Positions 15,024 to 23,769 of a stretch of 27,840 bases of DNA are shown here, in pieces. The stretch is from a virus. Lineage: Duplodnaviria > Caudoviricetes. Where the stretch lies: the IMG/VR virus record IMGVR_UViG_3300044508_000050, positions 1-27,840 of that record. One strand, written 5' to 3'. A program made the translations under genes and the position numbers. Each line of letters opens with the position of its first letter. The first letter of the stretch is position 1. The notes beneath the pieces were generated by a model. The model was not told the DNA's origin. It worked only from the letters and a program-made list of their open reading frames with translations, and searched no databases.

Positions 15024-15925
15024 TCGCCGCGCAGCTCCACCAGCGGGATGCTCGGCAGCTGCAGCAGCAGCTCCGCCGCGGTGCGGTCGACGATCACGGC
15101 GTCGAACTGGTCGATGTCGAAGCGGACCGGCACGTCGAACTCACACGAGAAGTCGAGCGCCTCGGTGGGCTGCGGGTAGTAGTAGCCATTGCCCGAGCCG
15201 GCCGTGAGGCCGGTGGTGCTGGTGGCCACCGTGACCACCGCGCCGGAGACGCTGACGATCTCGTGGCTCAGGTTGTTCAACACCGAGGCCGCCGTGCCCG
15301 AGACGTTGGTGACATAGACACGACCGCCCACCACGAAGTTGGGCGAGAACGCCGTGCCGAAGGTGAAGACGTGCTGCGCGCCGACCGTGTGGGACGAAAT
15401 GCTGCGCACGGTGTCCGGCTGAATCGTCACCACGCCGGTCGTGTTGTCAATCGAGTACTGGCCGGCGAGGCCGCCCGCCGTCACCGGCGTGCCGCCCCGC
15501 CGCAGCGTCAGCGTCCCCGCCACCGGCTTGCGAATATCCCGCAGGAAACTCCCCGCGCCGCTGGTGTAGAGCTTCCGCAGCTGGTAGCTCGGCACCCCAT
15601 ACCCGGCCCCGGCGGTGCCGACCTGCAGCGTGCCGTGCAGCGGCTGCGGGTCGCCCTCGGCGAGGCTGACGGTGTAGTCGGCCCAATCCTTCCAGCGGAA
15701 GCCGTCGGCGCGGCCGCCGACGACCATGAAGGCGTCGCGGATCGCCTGGAACTGGCTGAGCGGGCGCGTAACGAGGCCCACCTCGTAGCGATGCCGCGCC
15801 TGCGACCAGTTGCGGTTGCGCGACTCCTGCCCCGAGCGCACGGCCACGATGTCCGTCGAGAACGACGGCCCGCCCTGCGCGCCGAAGGCCACGCGGTCGA
15901 GCGGTCGGGATTCGAGGAACGGCAT
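15020..15925 (-). CDS. DUF2460-family distal tail protein with an inserted beta domain
   Basis: FGAQGGPSFSTDIV...SGQESRN.NW...GFRWKDWADY...FDVPVRFD.D...IPLVELR. Confidence 0.9.
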   Translation of the reverse strand: MPFLESRPLDRVAFGAQGGPSFSTDIVAVRSGQESRNRNWSQARHRYEVGLVTRPLSQFQAIRDAFMVVGGRADGFRWKDWADYTVSLAEGDPQPLHGTLQVGTAGAGYGVPSYQLRKLYTSGAGSFLRDIRKPVAGTLTLRRGGTPVTAGGLAGQYSIDNTTGVVTIQPDTVRSISSHTVGAQHVFTFGTAFSPNFVVGGRVYVTNVSGTAASVLNNLSHEIVSVSGAVVTVATSTTGLTAGSGNGYYYPQPTEALDFSCEFDVPVRFDIDQFDAVIVDRTAAELLLQLPSIPLVELRGE

Positions 15926-16111
15926 TTATCGGCGCTTTCCGTAGGCGATCACTTCGAGGTCGTGCACGCGGCGCTCGAGCCATTCGATGCGCACGCGCTG
16001 CTTGGCCACGCGGCTCTTGGCGACGTTGGCCTCGTACAGGTACTGCCGCAGCTGCGCGTCGCGCAGCAGCTCAGAGGGGCTTGGCGGCGGGGGTTTCGGC
16101 GGCAAGGGCAT
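15926..16111 (-). CDS. Hypothetical 61-aa coiled-coil protein
   Basis: MPLPPKPPPPSPSELLRDAQLRQYLYEAN...; its stop abuts the distal tail ATG. Confidence 0.5.
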   Translation of the reverse strand: MPLPPKPPPPSPSELLRDAQLRQYLYEANVAKSRVAKQRVRIEWLERRVHDLEVIAYGKRR

Positions 16112-16670
16112 CGAGCTGCGCCTTGTAGGTTGGCCACGCGAACGTGGCCATGTACATCGCGTCGCGCATGATGTCGGCCATGGCCGCGTCGGTCGTGGCC
16201 GTGCCCAGCGGCACGCGCCGCGCCTCCAGGCACAGGCGGAACAGTTCCGCGAAGGCTTCCTGCTCGCGCGTGGCCAGCTCGCCGGCGGCGTCCCGGTTGA
16301 GCGCCAGCAGCGCCTCGGCGGCGGCCGCCTGCTTCTGCTGCAGGGCGAGCTGCGCGGCGCGGTACGCCTCGGCCTTGGCCGACTCGGCGGCGCGGTACTC
16401 GGCCAGCGCGATGGAGTCCTCGCGCTGCAGCGTGGTCTGCAGCTTCTGCACGGCCAGGCTGTCGGCCGCGGCGTTGATCTGTTCCTGCGTGACGGGCATG
16501 TTGGCAAGTCCCCAGTAAAGCGCCGCCGCCAGGCCGGCTTCCTCGTCCGTGGCCGGGCGCTCGTTGATCGGAAAGCCGTCCGGGCCGGGCCGGCCGACCC
16601 ACGCGCCGGCCGCGTCGAACACGACGCCGGTCTGCGGGCCGAACGGAACGATGAGCGCGTTGTGCGTCAT
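16071..16670 (-). CDS. Hypothetical helical protein (start supplied by cassette 2)
   Basis: ATGA-coupled to the HNH stop; Ala-rich coiled coil. Confidence 0.7.
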   Translation of the reverse strand: MTHNALIVPFGPQTGVVFDAAGAWVGRPGPDGFPINERPATDEEAGLAAALYWGLANMPVTQEQINAAADSLAVQKLQTTLQREDSIALAEYRAAESAKAEAYRAAQLALQQKQAAAAEALLALNRDAAGELATREQEAFAELFRLCLEARRVPLGTATTDAAMADIMRDAMYMATFAWPTYKAQLDALAAETPAAKPL

Positions 16671-17103
16671 GCGCTGAACAGGTCCACCGTGCACCGCGCG
16701 GCCATGCGCGTTGCGTAGGCGGTCCGCTTGTGGTGCTCGGCGTCATAGGTCAGGTGGCAGCGCTGGCACATCGCCTTCAGGTTGGCCGGCTCGCAGTTCT
16801 CCGGCGTGTGGTCCAGGTGCGCCACCGTCAGCACCACGCGCGAGCCTGTCACCGGGTGCGGCTCGCCGTTCGGCGCGCGGCAGTCCGGGTAAGCCTGCGA
16901 GCCTTCGCACCGTTGGCCGGCGCGCTCGCGGATCGCGTCCGCAATGCGTTTCCAGTCCTTGGGGTATCTGGCTCGGTTCTCGGGTCGTATCGGCATGCTC
17001 ATGCTCCTTCGTGCCACCGGCCGCACAACTGTGCGCTCAACCGGACCGCTTGCAGCGGTCCTGCCGCTCGCTGTCCGCCACCACGCGGCCGGTTAGCTCC
17101 GCG
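16660..17103 (+). mobile_element. Integron-type gene cassette 2 (444 bp) carrying an antisense HNH gene
   Basis: Begins G|TTGTGCG (16659-16666), the exact reverse complement of CGCACAAC (17022-17029). Ends in an attC with G|TTAGCG. Confidence 0.78.
16667..16996 (-). CDS. HNH endonuclease-like protein
   Basis: MPIRPENRARYPKDW...RCE...VVLTVAHLDH.PENC...NLKAMCQRCHL.YD; AAGGAG RBS. Confidence 0.85.
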   Translation of the reverse strand: MPIRPENRARYPKDWKRIADAIRERAGQRCEGSQAYPDCRAPNGEPHPVTGSRVVLTVAHLDHTPENCEPANLKAMCQRCHLTYDAEHHKRTAYATRMAARCTVDLFSA

Positions 17104-17109
17104 TTAGCG
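17023..17109 (+). other. attC recombination site (87 bp)
   Basis: R'' GCACAAC, TGTGC, then GCT[C]AACCGG[A]CCGC pairing with GCGGCCGGTTAGC, then TCCGC and R' GTTAGCG. It has two canonical extrahelical bases. Confidence 0.8.
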
Positions 17110-17214
17110 GTCACGGACGCGCACGATGGTGGCCACCGGCACGCGCAGCCGCACGCCGCAGAAGCGGGCGCGCAGCCGCGCGAGCCAGTCGCGCAGGCAG
17201 CGCAGCCAGCACAT
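17104..17214 (-). CDS. 36-aa Arg/Cys-rich peptide
   Basis: MCWLRCLRDWLARLRARFCGVRLRVPVATIVRVRDR, TGATG-coupled to the upstream gene. Confidence 0.4.
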   Translation of the reverse strand: MCWLRCLRDWLARLRARFCGVRLRVPVATIVRVRDR

Positions 17215-17507
17215 CAGCCGACGGTGACGTTGAAGTCCACCGGCACGGCGAGCTGCACCGTGGCCGCGGCCACCGTGATGGCCTTGGGCGGCGCGGCGAA
17301 CAGCGGCAGGCCGGCGGCGTCGAGCAGCGCGGCGGTGACGGTGTAGTTGCCGGCCTCGACGTCGTCGAAGGCGAAGTCCGTGGCGCTGCCCTCGAGGAAG
17401 GCGCTGGCGCCCTGCGCGTCGATCAGCGAGACGCGGTAGACGCCGCCGACCGTGCCGGCCGGGAAGGTGCGGTTTTCGGTGACGAGGTTGACGGTGACCT
17501 TGGCCAT
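17214..17507 (-). CDS. Small Ig-like beta-sandwich protein (probably virion-associated)
   Basis: 97 aa, FAFDDVEAGNYTVTAALLD pattern; follows the tape measure gene. Confidence 0.65.
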   Translation of the reverse strand: MAKVTVNLVTENRTFPAGTVGGVYRVSLIDAQGASAFLEGSATDFAFDDVEAGNYTVTAALLDAAGLPLFAAPPKAITVAAATVQLAVPVDFNVTVG

Positions 17508-17521
17508 GGTGATCCCCTGTG

Positions 17522-19330
17522 TCAGTTGTATCGCCGGTTGGCGATGGTGAGCTGCCGCGCGACGGCGGCGGCGATCTGGTTGGCGGTGCGCGCGTCGGCG
17601 TTGCCCTGCACGTTCACCGTGATGTTGTTGCCGGCGGCGTTGGGAACGACCTGCGCCGGGCCGCGCACGATCTCCGGGCCGGCCTCGCCGGCGATGCCCC
17701 ACTGCCCGGCGCCGAGCATGCCGCCGTTGGCGAAGGTGCCCGCGAAGCTGCTGCCGATGAGCGACGAGAAGAAGCTGCCGAACTGCGAGCCGAGGTCGCC
17801 CCCGGCGCCGCCGCCGAACGAGCCGCGGATCGCCTTGGTCAGCGGCTCCAGGATCAGCATCTGCGTGGTGAGCTTCAGGATGTCCTGCCCGAGCGCCTTG
17901 ATGAAGTCGCTGGCCTTGCCGCCGGAGGTGATCCACTCGCCGAGCGACGAGGCGATGGTCAGGCCGAACTTCTCGGCCGCGCTTTCGCTCTTGTCGGTCT
18001 CGTCCTTGATGCCGGCGATCGCCTTGACGGCGACCTCGGCCTGCTCCTGCGTCACCTTGCCGAGCCGGATCATCAGTTCGAGCTGCTCGGCGAGCCGCCG
18101 CTTGCGTTCCTCGTCGGCCTGGCCGGTGAGCTGGTAGATCTCCTCCTCGGCGGCCTTGCGTTCCTTCAGGTACTCGGTGGTGGCGCGGTCGAACTCGGCG
18201 AGTTCCTTCGCCTGGTCGATCTGCTCGGCCAGCGCCAGCACCAGCTGCCGCTGCTGCTCGGTCTGGATCGTGAGCTTGCCGCTGCGCAGGTCGTACAGGA
18301 CGCGCTCGGTGGCGGTCAGGTTCTGCGTGCCGAGCAGCGCGCTTTCGAGCTGCGCCACGTAGCGCGCGTACTCGGTGTTGACGGCCTCGCCCTTTTCCTT
18401 CACCGCGCGGGTGGCGGTGGCGTTGGCGCGGGCGGTGTCGAGCACGGCCTGCGCGCTGCGCTGCGCGGCGCGGCCCTCGTTGCTGTAGGCGCCCTCGCCG
18501 AGCTTGAGGGCTTCCTGCAACTGCTTTTGCCGGGCGGCGGTGACTTCGACCTGGCGGTTGAACTCCTTGAGCGCGGCGAGCGGGCTGCCGCTGACGGGGT
18601 TGAACAGCGCGTTGGCGATCAGCTCGAAGTTGAGTTTGCGGAACTGCTCGATCAGGTCGTTGACCGTCGGCAGCACCGCACCAGCCAGCGTGTTCTTGAA
18701 CCGCTCCCAGTTGGCCGCGCTGCGGTCCAGTTCCGCCTGCAGGCGCTGCGCCTCGCTCACTGTCTCGCTGGTGAGGCCGCTGAAGCGCTTGAGCCCCTCG
18801 CTGCCGCCGTTGAGCAGCGGCACCAGCTTGGCGCCGGCCTTGCCGAAGATCTCCACCGCCAGCGCGGCCTTGGCCGGGCCGTCCTGCAGGCCGCTGAACT
18901 TGTCGGCCAGGTCGGCCAGCACGTCGTTGGTCGGCCGCACGTTGCCGGCGGCATCGCGCACCTCGACGCCGAGCGCGCGGAACAGCGCCTGCGCTTCCTT
19001 GGCGCCGCCGGCGGCCTCGCTGATCTTGACGTTGAGCCGCGTGACCGCGCCGTCGAACTGCTCGGCGCCGACGCCGGCTTCCTGCGCGGCGATGCGCAGG
19101 TTGGACAGTTCCACCGCCGTGAGGCCGAGCCCCTGCGCGGTGTCGGCCAGGTCGTCGATGGAGCCGACCAGCGACCGGAGCCCGGCCACCAGCGCGCCGG
19201 CGGCCAGCACGGCGCCGGCGCTCGCCAGCCCGGTGAAGGCGGCCTGCACGGTCTCCACCTGGCTGCGCACGCCGCGCAGCACCGCGCTGGCGCGGTCCTG
19301 GGCGGTGATGACGACCTTGGCTTCAGACAC
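17522..19330 (-). CDS. Tail tape measure protein
   Basis: 602 aa, Ala-rich and helical. N-terminal VVITAQDRAS and C-terminal FANGG...GIAGEAGPEIV; follows the chaperone genes. Confidence 0.9.
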   Translation of the reverse strand: MSEAKVVITAQDRASAVLRGVRSQVETVQAAFTGLASAGAVLAAGALVAGLRSLVGSIDDLADTAQGLGLTAVELSNLRIAAQEAGVGAEQFDGAVTRLNVKISEAAGGAKEAQALFRALGVEVRDAAGNVRPTNDVLADLADKFSGLQDGPAKAALAVEIFGKAGAKLVPLLNGGSEGLKRFSGLTSETVSEAQRLQAELDRSAANWERFKNTLAGAVLPTVNDLIEQFRKLNFELIANALFNPVSGSPLAALKEFNRQVEVTAARQKQLQEALKLGEGAYSNEGRAAQRSAQAVLDTARANATATRAVKEKGEAVNTEYARYVAQLESALLGTQNLTATERVLYDLRSGKLTIQTEQQRQLVLALAEQIDQAKELAEFDRATTEYLKERKAAEEEIYQLTGQADEERKRRLAEQLELMIRLGKVTQEQAEVAVKAIAGIKDETDKSESAAEKFGLTIASSLGEWITSGGKASDFIKALGQDILKLTTQMLILEPLTKAIRGSFGGGAGGDLGSQFGSFFSSLIGSSFAGTFANGGMLGAGQWGIAGEAGPEIVRGPAQVVPNAAGNNITVNVQGNADARTANQIAAAVARQLTIANRRYN

Positions 19331-19598
19331 GGGCCTTGCTCCCCTTGTAGCTGCGCACCGCGTCGCGGATCGCCAGCAGGCGCTCGAGCATCAGCTCGGC
19401 GTCGGTGATGCCGTAGAACTCGAACCAGTAGAACACCTCGGGCAGCCGCACCTCGCCGCCGAGGCGGTGCCACAGCGCGAAGGCGACCTCGCCGTCGACG
19501 CCCACGTCCGGCCGCGGGTTGGCGGACATGTCGCGCGGCAGCACGCCGCGCTCGTGCATCTCCGCGTCGGCCAGCTGCGCCCGGACGTGGGCCGCTAG
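19323..19598 (-). CDS. Tail assembly chaperone, -1 frameshift extension (gpT-like)
   Basis: The -1 frame is open from the slippery site A AAA AAC (19604-19598) to TGA 19323. Confidence 0.75.
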   Translation of the reverse strand, partial: LAAHVRAQLADAEMHERGVLPRDMSANPRPDVGVDGEVAFALWHRLGGEVRLPEVFYWFEFYGITDAELMLERLLAIRDAVRSYKGSKARV

Positions 19599-19954
19599 TT
19601 TTTTGCCTCGTCCCGGACGCGCGCGACGCGCTCGCTGGCGCGCTTCATCAGCTCGGCGAACGCACCGTCGAAAAGCTGCGGCAGCGCGTTGGCGGCCAGC
19701 GGCACCAGCTCCGGCGCGAACGGCGCCGGGCCGGTCTCGCCCGGCACCAGCGCATCCGCCGGCAGCCCGGCCCAGCCGACCACCGCCGCCTGCAGGATCG
19801 GCAGTTGCGCGGCGACCACGTCCTCGCCGCTGGCGGCGACGATGCGCCGCAGGTCGAACGCGCCCAGCGTGCGCAGCCGCAGCGTGACGCCGCCGTCGGC
19901 GTGCTCGAACTCCTGCGCCGCCTTGGCGCGGGCGATGAATGCCTGGATGTCCAT
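19595..19954 (-). CDS. Tail assembly chaperone (gpG-like)
   Basis: Lies between the tail tube and tape measure genes; ends GCA AAA AAC TAG. Confidence 0.8.
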   Translation of the reverse strand: MDIQAFIARAKAAQEFEHADGGVTLRLRTLGAFDLRRIVAASGEDVVAAQLPILQAAVVGWAGLPADALVPGETGPAPFAPELVPLAANALPQLFDGAFAELMKRASERVARVRDEAKN

Positions 19955-19977
19955 GCTTCCCCCGGAGCGGCGTTACC

Positions 19978-20628
19978 TCAGATCCACACGCACGGATCGT
20001 TGGTGCCGCGGATGTTGAACTGACCCGACACGACGCCGTCCGGGCTGCCCTGGCCGGGGTTGATGCCCTTGACGTAGCCCAGGCCGCTGAACACCTTGCC
20101 GTTCGAGAGCGTGACGGTGAACGCGCGCGTGGTCCCGGCGGCCTGCGCCTTGGCGAGCTCGAGCTGGCCGGCGTCGGTGCCGACGCTGTCGACGTCGTAG
20201 TCGCAAGACATCGTCCAGCTGCCCTTCAGGCCGAGCCGGAACTCCTTGGCGATGCTGTTGAGGTTGGTGACGTCGACCTCGTTGGCCTCGTCGATGGCGA
20301 CGTTGAAGTTCTTGACGTTGCCGATCGCCGCCATGGTCTGCGAGTTGGCCGAGCCGCCCGAGACGTAGGTGCCGTAGTTGGTGGAGTCCACGCCGCGCAG
20401 CGCGAACGTGTTGGCGGCGGAGGATGCCGTCACGAACACGCGGCCGTTGACCTGGTCCATGCCGACCACCGCGTCGATGACGACGATGCTGCCGTCGGCA
20501 TAGCCGTGGCCGGTGGAAGTGACGACGGCGGGGTTCGCCTTGCTGATGGCGGTGATGGTGCGGGCGGTGCCGGTGCTGGTCGTGACGCGCACCGTCGCCT
20601 GTTGGGCAGAAATTGCGGAGCTGGGCAT
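19978..20628 (-). CDS. Tail tube protein with an inserted beta (E1 FCCH-like) domain
   Basis: GGAGG RBS; EVDVTNLNS.AKEFRLGLK tube motif; insert ITAISKANPAVVT...HG...G..V.I..VVGM.QVNGR.F. Confidence 0.85.
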   Translation of the reverse strand: MPSSAISAQQATVRVTTSTGTARTITAISKANPAVVTSTGHGYADGSIVVIDAVVGMDQVNGRVFVTASSAANTFALRGVDSTNYGTYVSGGSANSQTMAAIGNVKNFNVAIDEANEVDVTNLNSIAKEFRLGLKGSWTMSCDYDVDSVGTDAGQLELAKAQAAGTTRAFTVTLSNGKVFSGLGYVKGINPGQGSPDGVVSGQFNIRGTNDPCVWI

Positions 20629-20642
20629 GATGCCTCCAGGTG

Positions 20643-21095
20643 TTAAAGGGCGGTGCCGGGCACGCCGGCGTCGGTTTCGTACGTGGCCGTCAGGCGCAGG
20701 GTGAGTGCGCCGGTCGGTCTCTGGCCGTCGCCATCGAGGTCGACCTCGATGCCGTCGAGCCGGAGCGGGTGCAGCAGCAGGCCGGCCAGGGTGGAGGCGG
20801 ACTGCGTGGCGTAGAGCGCGGTTTCGACTTCCTCGGCGATGGTGTCGAGCGTGTTCTCGACGCCGCTGGCGGCCTGCGCCAGCGCCACCACCTCGATGCC
20901 GAGCTCGCGCCGCTGCGCGCTGCGCCAGGCGAGGTTGGCGGTCTCGGCCTGCTCGTCGCCGGTGGTGATCAGCAGGCACGGCAGCTCGCCCTCGGCCACC
21001 GGGTACACGCGCGAGGCGAACACGCGCGTGCCGGTGGTGGCAAGCCCCGTGACGGCGGCGGCCACCGCGGCGCGGATCTGCTGGCGGACGTGCAT
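20643..21095 (-). CDS. Tail terminator protein
   Basis: HVRQQIRAAV...RVFASRVYP...ELPCLLI...LDTIAEEVE; synteny. Confidence 0.8.
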   Translation of the reverse strand: MHVRQQIRAAVAAAVTGLATTGTRVFASRVYPVAEGELPCLLITTGDEQAETANLAWRSAQRRELGIEVVALAQAASGVENTLDTIAEEVETALYATQSASTLAGLLLHPLRLDGIEVDLDGDGQRPTGALTLRLTATYETDAGVPGTAL

Positions 21096-21397
21096 TACGC
21101 GATCTCCAGCCGCAGCACCGTGATGCCGGTGCCGTCGGGCTCGATGCCGACCACGCGGAAGTTCGCGGTGCCGATGCTGAGCGGGCTGAACATCGCCACG
21201 CCGGCGACGTCGGCCGTCTCCATCCACAGCGCCGGGCCGACGCTCTGCACCTGGCCGTTGGAAGCCTCGAGGTAGCCGGCGTCGAAGATGCCGGCGGTGA
21301 CGCGGGCCGCGGTGCCGGTGCCGACGGTGACCGGCACGCCGAACTCGCTCTCGTTCATCATGCCGCCGAGGTCGGCGGTCAGGAAGGCGCCTGCCAT
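21095..21397 (-). CDS. Head-tail joining (stopper, FII-like) protein
   Basis: EFG...GIFD..Y...FRVVGIEPDGTGITVLRL. Confidence 0.8.
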   Translation of the reverse strand: MAGAFLTADLGGMMNESEFGVPVTVGTGTAARVTAGIFDAGYLEASNGQVQSVGPALWMETADVAGVAMFSPLSIGTANFRVVGIEPDGTGITVLRLEIA

Positions 21398-21398
21398 G

Positions 21399-21926
21399 TC
21401 AGAACCTCACGCGGGCCTTGCCCGTCGCCGGTGAGATCTCGACGCGATCGCCGAAGACCTCGTCCACCGCCAGGCGCGCGCCGGGCAGCTCGTTGTAGTC
21501 GTCGAACACCATGACGCCGCCGGCCACCATGCGCGGCGCCAGCGTGACGCAGGCGTCGCGCACGCTGCGGTACTGGTCGCAGTCGACGTGCGCCAGCGCG
21601 ATCGGGCCGGTGTAGCCGAGCGTCTGCGGGAAGGTGCCCACGCAGATGATGGCCAGCGGCAGCACCTTGCGCAGGTACGTCAGCGACGTGTCGCCGAAGT
21701 CGCCCACCGGGTGCACGTCGATGGCGTCGCGGAACGGCATGCCGGCGAACGTGTCGTACAGGTACAGCTGCCGGCCGGTGGCGCAGGCCACTTCGTACAG
21801 GTGCTGCGCGCTGCCGCCGCGGTAGACGCCCACCTCGACGAAGTTGCCGGCCGGCGCGGCCTCGGCCTCACGCCGCAGCTCGTGCAGGCACTCGGCGTTG
21901 ATGACGCTCACCAGCCGGTCGTTCAT
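21399..21926 (-). CDS. TylF/MycF-family sugar O-methyltransferase
   Basis: GNFVEVGVYRGGS, LYDTFAGMP, AHVDCDQYRS and GGVMVFDDY. Confidence 0.85.
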   Translation of the reverse strand: MNDRLVSVINAECLHELRREAEAAPAGNFVEVGVYRGGSAQHLYEVACATGRQLYLYDTFAGMPFRDAIDVHPVGDFGDTSLTYLRKVLPLAIICVGTFPQTLGYTGPIALAHVDCDQYRSVRDACVTLAPRMVAGGVMVFDDYNELPGARLAVDEVFGDRVEISPATGKARVRF

Positions 21927-23476
21927 GCGGCCGCCTTTTCCTGCTCGGCGCGCCACGCCAGGTACTGCGTGACCTGCCCGGCGACGTCGTCGACGCCGAT
22001 GGCCGCCTGGCACCACGCCGCGCCGGTGGCCTTGTCGCGCTTGCAGTGCGTCCACGTGTGGTGCACGCGGTGGCACGGGTGGCAGTCGACGCCGGTGGGC
22101 GAGATCGCCAGCGTCTCGGTCCAGTCGCGCGTGAGGTTGTCGTGGCTGCTGTGCGACAGCAGCACGATCTTGAGCATGGGCTCGTAGGCGACGGCGTTGA
22201 CGAGCGCGCTTTCCTCGCCGACGACAACCTCGGCCAGCTGCGCGAAGGCGATCGCCTCGCGGATCGGCCAGTCGCGGCCGACGATGCGGCTGCCCCTGGG
22301 CGCGACCAGTTTCTGCCCGCGCAGGTCGCCCAGCACGACGCAGTGCACGCCCTGCCCGGCCAGCCGCTCCATCAGCCGCTCGGTGTGCGGCCACCACTTG
22401 GGCAGCGTGCTGCCGGTGGGGTTGATGACGACGACCGGCCCGTCGAACTCGGCGCGGCGGCGCGCCGCCTGGGCGATCTCGGCGGCGGTGGGGTAGAACT
22501 TCTGCTGCACGGTCTCGCTGTCGAACGGCAGGCCGACCCACTCGGCCACGGCCTGCACGTAGTTGCGGGTGTGCAGCCGCTGCCGCTGCGCCAGCGGCAG
22601 GTAGAAATCCGGCTCCTGCGGCGACGGCAGCGTGTTGCGCTCGACCGCGCCGATGCAGTTCAGGAAGCGCTGGTGGCGCCGCTCGACGCACAGCCAGTAG
22701 GCGATCTGGAACGGCCCGCCGTCGAAGATGCCGTCGGGCTGCACCTCGAAGGCGTCGATGTGCGGGTCGTGCCGCAGCACTTCCTCGCCGCCCTCGCCGG
22801 TGTAGACGGTGATGTGCCAGCCCTCGGCCTTCAGCTGCGGCAGCAGGCCGCTCACCCACAGCGCGTCGCCGTAGCCGCCGGTGCGGACGATGCCGAGGTT
22901 CTTCTCGGGCAGCACCGGCGGGCGCTCGTTGATCTCCAGATCCGCGCGCTTGCGGTAGACCTGCAGGAAGCTGTACTCGTATTCGGCCGCGCGGGTCTCG
23001 TTGCGCAGCAGGTCCCAGCCGTTGCCGGCCTCCAGCACCTCGCGCATGGCCTCGACGATGTCTTCGGGCGCGAAGTCGTGCTTGTGGTCCGGGTTGGCGC
23101 CGGGTTGGCCGATCCGCGGGTAGTGGTCGCGGTGCGGCAGGTACAGCACCAGGTAGCCGCCGGGCTTGACCACGCGCCACCACTCGGCCAGCGCCGCCTT
23201 GTAGTCGACGATGTGCTCGAGCAGGTGCGAGCTGTAGACCGTGTCGACGCTCGCGTCGGCGAACGGCAGCCGCTCGCAGGTCGGCACCGTCAGGTCGGGT
23301 TTAATTTGCGTGCCGAAAAGCGCGGTGTCCTTGAGGTTGTCGACGCCGACCGCCTTGGCCCACACCTTGCTGTCGCCGCAGCCCAGATCCAGCACCAGGC
23401 CGCGCATGTACGGCACGACCTCGAAGCGCACCTTGGCCGATTCATGGCCGACCGGCCCGTTGGGTGACCAGACCAT
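21923..23476 (-). CDS. Class I SAM methyltransferase fused to a GT9 (heptosyltransferase-like) glycosyltransferase
   Basis: N-terminal VLDLGCG, FADASVDTVYSSHLLEH and EWWRVVKPGGYL. C-terminal VRTGGYGD, KWWP, VVGEESALVNAVA and CHPCH. Confidence 0.85.
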   Translation of the reverse strand: MVWSPNGPVGHESAKVRFEVVPYMRGLVLDLGCGDSKVWAKAVGVDNLKDTALFGTQIKPDLTVPTCERLPFADASVDTVYSSHLLEHIVDYKAALAEWWRVVKPGGYLVLYLPHRDHYPRIGQPGANPDHKHDFAPEDIVEAMREVLEAGNGWDLLRNETRAAEYEYSFLQVYRKRADLEINERPPVLPEKNLGIVRTGGYGDALWVSGLLPQLKAEGWHITVYTGEGGEEVLRHDPHIDAFEVQPDGIFDGGPFQIAYWLCVERRHQRFLNCIGAVERNTLPSPQEPDFYLPLAQRQRLHTRNYVQAVAEWVGLPFDSETVQQKFYPTAAEIAQAARRRAEFDGPVVVINPTGSTLPKWWPHTERLMERLAGQGVHCVVLGDLRGQKLVAPRGSRIVGRDWPIREAIAFAQLAEVVVGEESALVNAVAYEPMLKIVLLSHSSHDNLTRDWTETLAISPTGVDCHPCHRVHHTWTHCKRDKATGAAWCQAAIGVDDVAGQVTQYLAWRAEQEKAAA

Positions 23477-23688
23477 CAGGCCACCCCGCCGCGCCTGGGC
23501 TTGGCGGGCGCCTCGTCGGCCGCCGGGGCCGGCGCGGGCGCGGGCGCGGGCGCGTCGATGAACTCGACGTTGCGGTTGCCGCGCAGCAGGTTGGCGGTGT
23601 TGCGGTCGACGGCGAGGGTTTCGCCCTCGCCCCACGCCTTGCCGGCGTGCCAGAAGCCGCGCGTGACGCGGCACCATTGCTGTTGCAT
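23476..23688 (-). CDS. Small head-associated protein (FI/DNA-packaging chaperone position)
   Basis: 70 aa directly after the capsid gene; Pro/Ala repeat tail. Confidence 0.65.
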   Translation of the reverse strand: MQQQWCRVTRGFWHAGKAWGEGETLAVDRNTANLLRGNRNVEFIDAPAPAPAPAPAADEAPAKPRRGGVA

Positions 23689-23708
23689 CTTGAGACTCCC
23701 CCCGAGTG

Positions 23709-23741
23709 AAAAAAAAGGGCGGCCCCGCGAGAGGCCGCCCC
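23709..23741 (-). terminator. Rho-independent terminator after the major capsid gene
   Basis: Minus strand GGGCGGCC-TCTCGCGG-GGCCGCCC followed by T8. Confidence 0.9.
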
Positions 23742-23769
23742 AACGAGCGACGGAACAACTCAGGAACGC

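Noticed and set aside
23515-23555. GGCGCG tandem repeats
   Set aside because: They encode a Pro-Ala linker with period 6 and are unrelated to the pentamer array.
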